Below, one piece after another: positions 1 through 9,103 of a DNA stretch of 64,000 bases (its first letter is position 1; the number at the start of each line of letters is the position of its first letter). Location: contig CAVZQC010000003.1 of assembly GCA_963777315.1 (NCBI GenBank), positions 32,001 through 96,000 of the forward strand, in the 5' to 3' direction. The notes beneath the pieces were generated by a model that was not told the origin of the DNA, made no database searches, and saw nothing but the letters and a program-made list of their open reading frames with translations. Source of the DNA: Vulcanimicrobiota bacterium (lineage in GTDB: Bacteria > Vulcanimicrobiota > Vulcanimicrobiia > Vulcanimicrobiales > Vulcanimicrobiaceae). A program made the position numbers and the translations under genes.

Positions 1-1
1 G

Positions 2-1222
2 CGCGGCTGCGATCCCAAGAAGGTTCTCGTGGACGTTGCGCGGTTGGTCGCTTGGAGCGAACGGATGCACGAGCGCGGCGTTGTGACGCAGCCGCTCCAT
101 ATTGATTGGACCGAACTCATGCGCTTCAAGCGCACGTTTACCGATTCTGTTCCCGAGGAGCGTGAACGTGCGTACGCGGAAAGCGGTATCGTGCCGTTTC
201 ATGCGCAGGCACGGTTCGTCGACCGCGATCGCGTTGCGGTCGGCGAACACGTGCTGATTGCAAAACACGTCGTTATCGCCAGTGGAGCAAAACCGGCACC
301 CTTGCATATCGACGGAGAAGAGCATCTCGCGACGAGCACGGATTTTCTCGAGCTCGAAAATCTGCCGAAGCGCCTGATCTTCCTGGGCGGCGGATTCATT
401 TCGTTTGAGTTTGCGCATGTCGCGGCCCGCGCGGGCGCGCAAACGCGCATCCTCGAACGCGAGCCACGCGTGCTCGCCCAGTTCGATGGCGACCTCGTTG
501 AGCGTCTCGTTCTGGCGACACGCGAGCGCAGCATCGAAGTTGATCTCGAAACGACGGTTACGGCGATAGAGAAAACTGATGGAGACTTCATCGTACGTGC
601 TACCCGAGGCGGGAAACCGCTTGAACTGCACGCCGATCTCGTCGTACACGGCGGCGGCCGCGTACCGGACGTCGATGATCTGCAACTTGCGGCCGGGAGT
701 GTCGCTCGTATCGGTGCAGGTATCGAGGTGAATGAATACTTGCAAAGCACGAGCAACCCGGCTGTGTATGCGGCCGGCGATTGCGCCGCCGGCGGAGGAG
801 CCCCGCTTACACCGGTCTCGGCGTTGGAAGGCGAGCTGGTGGCAGAGAACCTGCTGGGCGGAAACACACGAACGGCCGATTTCGCCGGACTGGCAAGCAT
901 GGTATATGCAATCCCGCCGCTCGCGATGGTCGGGTTGACGGAGGAGACCGCTCGCACCCAAGGACGAAAAGTGCGCGTTCAGTGCGGCGACACTTCGCAA
1001 TGGTACTCCTCCCGCCGTGTTGGCGCAAAGCACACTGCGTACAAGATTGTCTTCGACGACGACCGCAATGAGATCGCCGGTGCGCATATCTTGGGCTTCG
1101 ATGCGGAAGAACTTGGCAACATTTGTTCACTCGCAATCCGGGCTAAGGTCAAGGCATCCTCCATACCCGGCGTGCTTTTCGCCTATCCGACCGGCGCCTC
1201 GGAGCTCCAATACATGCTATAG
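2..1222 (+). CDS. Pyridine nucleotide-disulfide oxidoreductase, glutathione reductase/lipoamide dehydrogenase-like (5' truncated by window)
   Basis: Frame is open from base 2 and reads RGCDPKK (second Cys of the redox CxxxxC). Also has IASGAKP, GGGFISFE (NAD(P) site), VYAAGD and a C-terminal YPT. Confidence 0.9.
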   Translation, partial: RGCDPKKVLVDVARLVAWSERMHERGVVTQPLHIDWTELMRFKRTFTDSVPEERERAYAESGIVPFHAQARFVDRDRVAVGEHVLIAKHVVIASGAKPAPLHIDGEEHLATSTDFLELENLPKRLIFLGGGFISFEFAHVAARAGAQTRILEREPRVLAQFDGDLVERLVLATRERSIEVDLETTVTAIEKTDGDFIVRATRGGKPLELHADLVVHGGGRVPDVDDLQLAAGSVARIGAGIEVNEYLQSTSNPAVYAAGDCAAGGGAPLTPVSALEGELVAENLLGGNTRTADFAGLASMVYAIPPLAMVGLTEETARTQGRKVRVQCGDTSQWYSSRRVGAKHTAYKIVFDDDRNEIAGAHILGFDAEELGNICSLAIRAKVKASSIPGVLFAYPTGASELQYML

Positions 1223-1237
1223 AATGAGTATTGCCGT

Positions 1238-1657
1238 TTACAGCACCGGATAGCCCAGGCCGCCGCCCCAATAGGGTGCGTAACCGTAGTAGCCGTAGTA
1301 CGGGCCCCAGAACTCGGGGTTTCGGATCTCATCGAGCTTCGGATCGTATGCAGGCGAGTTCACAACGTGCTCGCGCGTGTGCTTAATGCTCACCGCGTCC
1401 GGGGTAATGCTCGAAACCGCTTCGACGGGAATCAAGAAGTGGCGCTCGCCTAGTCCAAGAAAACCACCTGCGGCAACTTGGAGCATCCGGACTTTTCTCT
1501 TGTCTTGATCGATGAACAGATCACTGACGTGCCCGATGTCTTCGCCGTGCTGATCCAGCACTTTTCGTTCTCGAATGTCTTGGTCCGGCGCTGAAACGGT
1601 GAGGTTCGCGTCGCTTAATTTGACGAGGACATCTTTTTCTTGCGAGTCTTGTGGCAT
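1238..1657 (-). CDS. PRC-barrel domain protein
   Basis: DIRERKVLDQHGEDIGHVSDLFID...GGFLGLGERHFLIPVEAV is a PRC-barrel pattern. AAGGA RBS lies before the ATG at 1657. Confidence 0.85.
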   Translation of the reverse strand: MPQDSQEKDVLVKLSDANLTVSAPDQDIRERKVLDQHGEDIGHVSDLFIDQDKRKVRMLQVAAGGFLGLGERHFLIPVEAVSSITPDAVSIKHTREHVVNSPAYDPKLDEIRNPEFWGPYYGYYGYAPYWGGGLGYPVL

Positions 1658-1854
1658 CAAACTGTCCTTTAGGTAGCGGCACGAAGCGCCGCTACCTACA
1701 TAATAGGTCATCGGCGTACCCCTTTCCGCGCGGTTTCGAACGGCCGCGGTTGTGCCGAACCGCTTTTTTCCGCTGTCTAAAACCGCACAGATTCCCCGCT
1801 TCCTGTGGCTTAAAATGGGGTTTTCAGGCCACCGGTACCCTGCGCGGAGCGCCC

Positions 1855-2220
1855 ATGCTTTTGAGCAATCGGCCTCGGACAATATCGCTGCTCGCCCTCC
1901 TGATACCGCTGGTGAGCGCATGTTCGCACGGCACAAGTTCTCAAAGTCCAACATCCCGCTTGTCGCCTTCGGCAACGCAGCTTTCGGGCAGTGTTTCACG
2001 AGGCGCCGTCGTGTTTGCCACCAACTGCGCGGTTTGCCATGGAGCTTCCGGAAAGCAGGGGGGCGTCGGCCCGTCCCTTGCTTACGAACGCGGCCGAAAG
2101 AATGACGCCGCGACCATTTCCTGGATCAAAAACCCGGCGCCGCCGATGCCCAAACTCTACCCCTCGCCTTTGAGCGCGCAAGACGTTGTGGACGTCGCCG
2201 CCTACGTGCAGTCGTTATAG
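1855..2220 (+). CDS. Monoheme cytochrome c, probable lipoprotein
   Basis: CAVCH heme motif, distal PPMP Met ligand, lipobox-like LVSAC, GGAG RBS. Confidence 0.85.
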   Translation: MLLSNRPRTISLLALLIPLVSACSHGTSSQSPTSRLSPSATQLSGSVSRGAVVFATNCAVCHGASGKQGGVGPSLAYERGRKNDAATISWIKNPAPPMPKLYPSPLSAQDVVDVAAYVQSL

Positions 2221-2235
2221 CAGTGGAGCGTTTTT

Positions 2236-2961
2236 ATGGCTGATGGTAAGACCGCACCGATCGATCGCCGCGGCTTTTTGAAGACGAGCGCCGCGGGGCT
2301 GTTGCTTGGAACGAGCGCGGTCGGCGGATGCGCGCCGAAGATGGCCGATACTTCAACCAACGCGGCGCAGGAAGCCCGACGAACCGCTCTGCTTTTTTTC
2401 ACGCAGACGGAAGCGAACACGGTCATCGCCATGGCCGAACGCGTCTTCCCGGCTGACGCAAACGGTCCCGGCGCAACCGATACGCACGTGATGCAGTTTT
2501 TGGACCGTCGATTGGACGGCGCGTATGGACTCGGCGCGACGATGTACCTGCAGGGGCCGTTTGTCAAACCGCAGACGAGCGGGCACGGGTGGCAGATTCC
2601 CGCCACACCGCGGGACGTCTATCGCGATGCCATCGCGGCTATAAACGTGTTCGCTTCCGCTAAACACGGAAGCCAATTTTACAATATCCCCATCGAGCAG
2701 CAAGATGCGGTTCTTGCTGCTGCCGAGAAGGGCCACATCGACTCCTTCCATATCTTTAAGTCGGACGACTTTATGACGCTGTTCATCACGCATGTTACCC
2801 AAGGGTTGTTTGCCGATCCCCTCTACGCCGGAAACTACGGCGTAGTCGGATGGAAATTCATAGGATTTCCCGGCGACCCCATGGCGTACGGCGATCAATA
2901 TGAAAAATTGATCGATCAGTACAAGACGTCTTACAACGTAACGCCGGAGCCGTTACAGTGA
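2236..2961 (+). CDS. Gluconate 2-dehydrogenase subunit 3 (gamma) family protein, Tat-exported
   Basis: RRGFLK twin-arginine signal; GLFADPLYAGN..VVGWKFIGFPG motif. Confidence 0.88.
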   Translation: MADGKTAPIDRRGFLKTSAAGLLLGTSAVGGCAPKMADTSTNAAQEARRTALLFFTQTEANTVIAMAERVFPADANGPGATDTHVMQFLDRRLDGAYGLGATMYLQGPFVKPQTSGHGWQIPATPRDVYRDAIAAINVFASAKHGSQFYNIPIEQQDAVLAAAEKGHIDSFHIFKSDDFMTLFITHVTQGLFADPLYAGNYGVVGWKFIGFPGDPMAYGDQYEKLIDQYKTSYNVTPEPLQ

Positions 2962-4703
2962 TTACGCATAAAGAGGTGGACGCCGTGACGATCGGCGTGG
3001 GCTGGACCGGTGGAATCTTAGCCGCCGAGTTGACGAAAGCGGGGCACACGGTCGTCGGCCTCGAACGCGGCGGTCCGCGCACCACCCAAGATTGGCAAAA
3101 CGATCACGATGAGCTGCGCTTCGCCGTCGATAATGCCCTGATGCAGAAGATGGCCGTCGAGAGTTGGACGCTGCGCCATGACCTACGCGAAACGGCACTC
3201 CCGTTTCGGCAACTCGGTTCCTTTCTGCCCGGGATTGGCGTTGGCGGTGCCGGAGTCCATTGGAACGGCCAGACGTACCGATTCCATCCCAGCGACTTCA
3301 TCATGCGAAGCCATCTGATCCAGCGGTACGGCAAGCAAATGCTCCCTGCCGATTGCACGATTGCCGACTGGGGCATCACGTGGACTGAGATCGAGCCGTA
3401 CTACGACAAATTCGAATATATGGCCGGCGTTGCGGGCAAGGCCGGCAACGTCAAAGGCAAGATCATCGCGGGCGGCAATCCCTTCGAAGGTCCCCGTGCA
3501 CGCGATTACGCGTTACCGCCCGCCAAGCTCGCGGAAACGACGGTACTCTGGGGCCAAGGCTGCACTAAAATGGGATACCACCCCTTCCCGCAACCGTCGT
3601 CAAATTTGCCGGAAGCCTATACGAATCCCGACGGCATCGCTCGTGCGGCCTGCACCTACTGCGGCTTTTGCGAGCGCTTTGGCTGTGAAGTCGGAGCCAA
3701 AGCGGATCCGACCGTCACCGTATTGCCGGTTGCGCAACGCAGCGGGAAATATGAATTGCGCACGGGCGTTAACGTCATCCGCATTAACCACGACGGGAAG
3801 CGCGCGCGCAGCGTCACGTATATCGACCGCCTGGGTGAGGAACACGAACAGCCCGCGCACATCATCCTGCTCACGGCGTTCGTTTTCAATAACTGCAAAC
3901 TGCTGCTCGTTTCGAAGATGGGTCGGCCGTACGACCCGCACAGCGGCCAAGGCGTCGTGGGCCGCAACTACGCCTATCAAACGACGCAAGGCCACACGGG
4001 CTTTTTCGATGATAAGTCGTTTAAGCGCTACATGGGCTCAGGCGCGAATGCGGTGACGATCGACGACTTCAACGCCGATAACTACGACCATCACGGCCTC
4101 GGCTTTTTCGGCGGCGGTTCGATCTACTGTCAAAACACTGGGGCGCGGCCAATAACGCAAGTGAGCGTCCCTGAGGGTACGCCGAAGTGGGGCGCACGGT
4201 GGAAGGCAGCGCTCAAAAAGTATTACGACGCGCAAATGGAGATCGTCTATCAGGGGGAGAGCCCATCATATCGAGCGCACAGTTTGGATCTCGATCCGAC
4301 CTACCGCGACGCCTACGGGCTCCCGCTCACGCGCATCACGTTCGACTACACCGAGAACGAGCGCAAGATGGTACGGTTCGGCGCAGACAAAGTGCGAGGC
4401 ATTCTGCATGCGGCGGGCGCTTCGCACATGAACGTGCATCCCGAACTCGAGCCGCACTACAGCACCGTCCGCTATCAAACCACGCATAATGTCGGCGGCT
4501 GCATCATGGGAAACGATCCCGGCAATTCAGTCGTCAATAACTATCTGCAGATGTGGGATTTTGACAACGTCTTTGTCATCGGCGCCTCCGCTTTTCCGCA
4601 GAATGCGGGATTCAATCCAACCGATACCGTTGGCGCCCTTTCATATCGGGCTGCGGACGGAATCATCAATCATTACATGAAGAAACCCGGACCGTTGGTC
4701 TAA
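2958..4703 (+). CDS. GMC-family flavoprotein, gluconate 2-dehydrogenase alpha-like
   Basis: GVGWTG FAD site, GGAGVHWNG, CTYCGFCERFGC Fe-S cluster, THNVGG and NPT motifs. GTGA overlap with subunit 3. Confidence 0.92.
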   Translation: MITHKEVDAVTIGVGWTGGILAAELTKAGHTVVGLERGGPRTTQDWQNDHDELRFAVDNALMQKMAVESWTLRHDLRETALPFRQLGSFLPGIGVGGAGVHWNGQTYRFHPSDFIMRSHLIQRYGKQMLPADCTIADWGITWTEIEPYYDKFEYMAGVAGKAGNVKGKIIAGGNPFEGPRARDYALPPAKLAETTVLWGQGCTKMGYHPFPQPSSNLPEAYTNPDGIARAACTYCGFCERFGCEVGAKADPTVTVLPVAQRSGKYELRTGVNVIRINHDGKRARSVTYIDRLGEEHEQPAHIILLTAFVFNNCKLLLVSKMGRPYDPHSGQGVVGRNYAYQTTQGHTGFFDDKSFKRYMGSGANAVTIDDFNADNYDHHGLGFFGGGSIYCQNTGARPITQVSVPEGTPKWGARWKAALKKYYDAQMEIVYQGESPSYRAHSLDLDPTYRDAYGLPLTRITFDYTENERKMVRFGADKVRGILHAAGASHMNVHPELEPHYSTVRYQTTHNVGGCIMGNDPGNSVVNNYLQMWDFDNVFVIGASAFPQNAGFNPTDTVGALSYRAADGIINHYMKKPGPLV

Positions 4704-4737
4704 TGGGGCACGATGGCGCACCTCGCTCGGATCTCGC

Positions 4738-5643
4738 GTGAGCGTGCGCGTCACCATCACGCCCGTTGCGCCGTATCGCCTGGACTTGACGGCTCAGGCC
4801 TTGCGCCGCGTGAACAGCAACCTCGTCGACGTCCTCACGCCCGATGGAACGTATTTACGGGCGTTGCGCGGCGACGGCTGCGTCAACATCGTTGAAGCGC
4901 AACAAGAACCGGACGGACCCCTCGCGGTGCGGATTAGCGGACGCGGCGCCGGCGCGCATGTGGAAACCGTCAGCACGATCTTGGGGACGGATGTTGACCT
5001 GCGCCGTTGGTACCGCCGCGTTGCGCGGTTCCCTTGGTTAGCCGCCCTTGCTCGAGATCTTCGCGGCGTGAAGCCCCCACGCTATCCGGGGTTGTGGGAG
5101 GCCCTGTGCAACGGGATCGTGTTCCAGCAGCTGAGCATAGCGGCCGCCTCCACGGCCATGCGGCGGCTTGTGGAGCGCTTCTCGGAGCCCCTGGAACACC
5201 GCGGCGTTGCGCTTCGCGCCTTTCCGTCCCCGGATGTGATCGTGCAGGCTGACGATCACGACCTGTTGAGCTTGGGATTGAGCCGCCAAAAAGTGACGTA
5301 TCTGAAGGGTGCCGCCGCAACGGTGATGTCGGGCGCGATTACCTCTGCACGCATTGAATCACTCCCGACGCCGCAGGCGCTCATAGAGTTGCAAACGCTC
5401 GACGGGATCGGGCGCTGGAGCGCCGCGAACATCTTACTGCGCGGCTTCGGGCGTCTGGACGTGTTCCCAATGGGCGACACTGGCGTAGCACGGAACATCA
5501 ATCTCCTATCCGGCGATCCGCGCATTAGCCTGGACGAGGTCCTCCTTGCGCTCGGCGATATGCAAGGGATGCTGTACTTTCACCTCCTGCTCGGCAAACT
5601 GCGCAGTCGCCCGGCATTTTCACCGGCAGCGGCTGTGAATTGA
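4738..5643 (+). CDS. alkA: DNA-3-methyladenine glycosylase II (HhH-GPD)
   Basis: IVFQQLS, GLSRQK, LDGIGRWSA helix-hairpin-helix and FPMGD catalytic Asp. Confidence 0.88.
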   Translation: MSVRVTITPVAPYRLDLTAQALRRVNSNLVDVLTPDGTYLRALRGDGCVNIVEAQQEPDGPLAVRISGRGAGAHVETVSTILGTDVDLRRWYRRVARFPWLAALARDLRGVKPPRYPGLWEALCNGIVFQQLSIAAASTAMRRLVERFSEPLEHRGVALRAFPSPDVIVQADDHDLLSLGLSRQKVTYLKGAAATVMSGAITSARIESLPTPQALIELQTLDGIGRWSAANILLRGFGRLDVFPMGDTGVARNINLLSGDPRISLDEVLLALGDMQGMLYFHLLLGKLRSRPAFSPAAAVN

Positions 5644-6162
5644 ATGACAAAAGGCCAAGACATTCTGCTCGCATTCGCTATCGCCGCAGCCATGGCTGTT
5701 GCGTTGATGCTTGCTATAGCCTTCAGCACATTGGGCCGCACCGCCGATTCATCAACGCGAGAACACGGCGCACGCACACTGCGCCGCTGGTGGTTTGTCG
5801 CGCTGCTCGGCGCGGTTATCGCATCATTTGTTATCTCGATCCGCTGGTTTCCGTATCCCACCGTGGCCGAAAGTGCATCGTCTCGGCATTTTTCCGTTGT
5901 CGCATTTCAATATCACTTTCAAGTCCCGGCGGAGGTCCCCGTGAATACGCATATCATCTTTGATGTGACTTCCGCAGACGTCAACCACGGCTTCGGCATC
6001 TACGATCCGCAAGGTACGCTGCTGGGGCAAGTGCAGGCGATGCCCAACTACACCAATCATCTGCCGTTCTATTTCAGTCGAATAGGTCGCTACACGATTC
6101 GCTGCCTGGAATATTGCGGCATCGGACACCCCGCGATGCTTGCCGTGTTCCGGGTGCAATGA
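5644..6162 (+). CDS. Heme-copper oxidase subunit II (CuA)
   Basis: DVNHGF and CLEYCGIGHPAM CuA ligands; N-terminal TM helices. Confidence 0.9.
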   Translation: MTKGQDILLAFAIAAAMAVALMLAIAFSTLGRTADSSTREHGARTLRRWWFVALLGAVIASFVISIRWFPYPTVAESASSRHFSVVAFQYHFQVPAEVPVNTHIIFDVTSADVNHGFGIYDPQGTLLGQVQAMPNYTNHLPFYFSRIGRYTIRCLEYCGIGHPAMLAVFRVQ

Positions 6163-7667
6163 TGGCGTCTGTGGTCGCAATCGATGCAAGCCCGGCTCGT
6201 CGCATCATGTGGATGTACATCAATGCCGGTCTGGCGATTTTTGCCGGCATGGCGGTGGTCGGCTTTCTGATGCGAGCAGAGCAGGCGCGTCTCATCGCGC
6301 TCAGTCCCGCCATGTTTTACGAGCTGATGACCGTGCACGGCACATTAATGGTGCTGGCCGTCGTGATGGCTTCGATGGGAATGTTGTGGTATCTGCTTCG
6401 AGCCGAAGGATATATGGACGAAAACGTTGCGACGTGCGCGTACGGCGTTATGAGCGCAGGCGTCGCGACCATATTCGCGAGCGTGTTCGCAGGAGGCTTC
6501 GGCGGCAGTTGGACGTATCTCTATCCGCTGCCGTTCGTCAATCCATCGTGGGCGCAGTGGTCGATAGGCCTGTTCCTGATCGGTCTCGCGCTCGTCACTC
6601 TCGGCTGGAGCGTGTGGTGTATCCAACTGCTCGGTCTGGTTCTTGCGAAATACGGCGGATTCCGCGGAGCCTTCGGTTGGGATGTCGTTTTCCATCCGAA
6701 GTCCGCCTCCCTAAAAGAAACGCCGTCGCTGCCGGCGCTCGCAGCATTGGTGGTTTCACTTTCGGGGCTCATCACGGCCGCGGACGGCACGACCATCGGC
6801 GTTGCGCTCATGGTTCACTGGATCGATCGCAGCGTAGCGCTCGACCCGCTTTGGGCGAAGAACCTGACGTATTTCTTTGGACACGAGCTGGCGAACCTCG
6901 CGATGTATATGGCGGTAGCCGCCGTGATTATCGGCTTGCCGCGTTACACGGGCAGAGAGCTGCGCGTCTCGCCGATGTGGATCATCGCCTGGTGGGCGAC
7001 GCTCGTCTATGTCGCACTCGCCACGTTCCACCATCTGTACTATGACTTCGTCCAATTTCGTCCGCTCCAATACATCGGCGAGTTCGCATCGTATTCGGAG
7101 GCCCTGCCGGTCGCGGTTGTGACAATTTTCAGCGGGCTGATGCTCGTCTATCGCTCCGCAATGCGATGGACGATGGGCTCGTTGTTTATTTATGCCGGCT
7201 TGATCGGGTGGGTTGTCGGCGGCATCGGCGCACTCACTGACGCGACGATCCCGTTCAACATGGTGCTTCATAACACGTTGTGGGTGCCGGCGCACTTTCA
7301 CAGCTATTTGCTGGAAGGCGTGCTGCTCTTCATCATTGGCTGGGTGTTCATGATGCTGGAAGAGCGCAGCCGCAAGGCGACCTCGCTGCTGATTCGCTGG
7401 GTCATCGGTCTCGGAGTCTTCGGCGGCGGAGCGCTGTTCTTAGCCGGCTTTTACGTAGCGGGTGCGAACGGCGTGCCGCGCCGCGAAGCCGAGCAACCTG
7501 CGCCGGGACCGCACATCGCTCTGTGGGCAACGTTTGGCGCGATCGTGTTGCTCCTTGGGCTCATCGTAGCGCTCCTCGAGGCCATCCGATTGGCAGCACC
7601 ACCGCGCGTGGAGGCAATCGAAGTCGCCGCAGCACCGCCCCTCGACAGTCGACCGGCAAGAGGCTGA
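6159..7667 (+). CDS. Heme-copper oxidoreductase subunit I, B-family derived, probable sNOR-type nitric oxide reductase
   Basis: Multiple TM helices; His ligands in TVHG, FFGH, HHLY and AHFH. The H+4 position is Asn (GHELAN) rather than Tyr. ATGA overlap with subunit II. Confidence 0.8.
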   Translation: MMASVVAIDASPARRIMWMYINAGLAIFAGMAVVGFLMRAEQARLIALSPAMFYELMTVHGTLMVLAVVMASMGMLWYLLRAEGYMDENVATCAYGVMSAGVATIFASVFAGGFGGSWTYLYPLPFVNPSWAQWSIGLFLIGLALVTLGWSVWCIQLLGLVLAKYGGFRGAFGWDVVFHPKSASLKETPSLPALAALVVSLSGLITAADGTTIGVALMVHWIDRSVALDPLWAKNLTYFFGHELANLAMYMAVAAVIIGLPRYTGRELRVSPMWIIAWWATLVYVALATFHHLYYDFVQFRPLQYIGEFASYSEALPVAVVTIFSGLMLVYRSAMRWTMGSLFIYAGLIGWVVGGIGALTDATIPFNMVLHNTLWVPAHFHSYLLEGVLLFIIGWVFMMLEERSRKATSLLIRWVIGLGVFGGGALFLAGFYVAGANGVPRREAEQPAPGPHIALWATFGAIVLLLGLIVALLEAIRLAAPPRVEAIEVAAAPPLDSRPARG

Positions 7668-7675
7668 AATACAAC

Positions 7676-8131
7676 ATGAAAAGCCCGATGTGGCGCATTG
7701 CTGCATGGACGCTCGGCGCCGTGAGCGTCGCCGTAGCGGTAACACCCTCAGTGATGGCGCCCATCACGGTGCCGGTTTCTCTGCACCACGTTTGGCATGC
7801 TGCTGTGATCGCACTCGGTATCGCCACCGGCCTGCTCGCGAGCGCAGAATCAAAACCGAGCCTTGAACATCCGAGCGCGATGTGGATTGTACCGGTCGTT
7901 ATCGCGCCGATGGCCGCAATGTATCTGATGTGGCCGGCCCTCTTTGGATATCTCGACGTGCATCCGTCACTCCATGGTTTGGATCATCTGATTTTTGTCG
8001 GGCTCGGATTCATCACAGCGTACGCCGGCGAACGGTACGTTCGCGGAGTGGGATGGACTACCGGGATTTTGTTCGAATGCATGGCGCTGGCCGCAGCCGG
8101 CTTTTTCGGGATCTCGCCAGGCGCCGGTTGA
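7676..8131 (+). CDS. His-rich membrane protein, CtaG/caa3-assembly-factor-like
   Basis: Hydrophobic segments with HHVWH and HGLDH motifs, directly after the oxidase genes. Confidence 0.55.
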   Translation: MKSPMWRIAAWTLGAVSVAVAVTPSVMAPITVPVSLHHVWHAAVIALGIATGLLASAESKPSLEHPSAMWIVPVVIAPMAAMYLMWPALFGYLDVHPSLHGLDHLIFVGLGFITAYAGERYVRGVGWTTGILFECMALAAAGFFGISPGAG

Positions 8132-8183
8132 GATTGTCGAGATTGCGACGAGCCGCTGTATCAACGGCTACATTGGAGACACT

Positions 8184-8328
8184 GTGAAATTAGTAACTGC
8201 AATAAATGCGCAAGCCTCGAGCATGCGACGCTGATTACGGAATCCAATGAATTCGCGAACTATGATGTCGGCAACGATACCTGCACGCTCGTCCATCGAC
8301 ATGCAGCCCTTGAATGGCAGGCAATTAC
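8184..8328 (+). pseudogene. Frameshifted, truncated copy of the small gene at 30516-30767
   Basis: Colinear DNA match (ggag..gtgaaa.t.gtaa..gcaataaatgc.caagc...tgaatggca.gc.attac) with an indel near 8215 and no 3' part. Confidence 0.85.
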
Positions 8329-8454
8329 TGGCGCGCCTGCCGATCGACCCTAACGCAGCGATCGTCGCTGCATCGGCCTGGGCGAAAATCGGGGACCGCG
8401 TTCATCGGTCCGGCGGATCGCCGGAAACAGCGGAAAGAATCGCTGAAAGTATCG

Positions 8455-8559
8455 CTAGCGCATAGTGCGGACGATTGTAGCCAGAAGCCAAACAATTGTC
8501 AAACCTCCTGCCGATGCGCCACATAGCATGAACAACCAGTGTGAAACGAACGTCGACAT
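8455..8559 (-). CDS. Possible 34-aa single-TM peptide (MSTFVSHWLFMLCGASAGGLTIVWLLATIVRTMR)
   Basis: GGAG upstream of ATG; hydrophobic core; below the ORF-track cutoff. Confidence 0.3.
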   Translation of the reverse strand: MSTFVSHWLFMLCGASAGGLTIVWLLATIVRTMR

Positions 8560-9103
8560 CCCGTTCCGCTCCACCACCATCGTTTCCGCAGCAGCGGAGC
8601 CGCCGTGCGTGGTCACGCATGCGCTGGGCGGGACGCGGCATGATGCCTAGTTAGCTCAGCGCCGCACAGCCCGCCTTGGAAATTATCGCAGCTACTGGCC
8701 AGCACATTAAAGGACAATTGCTTTCTGCAAAGGACTTCATAGCGCCCACTCCTGCGCCCCCAAATGTTCTAGGTTACTATCTGTATGATAGCCGAGCAAT
8801 TCCGTGGAACGGAAGGCTTCCATCGCATCCCATACGGATCCGGATTCGAGCGTCGATGCCGACCGCCGTCGGAGGCGTGGAACTGAAAAAATGCCGTGTT
8901 TCAATCGGTAATTGCATCGCCTTCGACCGGAACAAAGGCGCGTCTATTCGTCCCAAGTCGCGGCGGGCAATGTTCTGATGGGACGCCTTCGTTGAAAAAA
9001 GGCTGCTTGCATTTGCCGTAAACACGACCGGCGATGCCTGGATCGTCCACTAAGGCTGTTATGCTTGAAATGTTTGTCGAAGTCGAGTAACGTTGTGATC
9101 CTA

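Noticed and set aside
8640..9060. Short ORFs in the AT-richer gap before dacB
   Set aside because: No recognisable motifs or convincing starts; may be decayed sequence.
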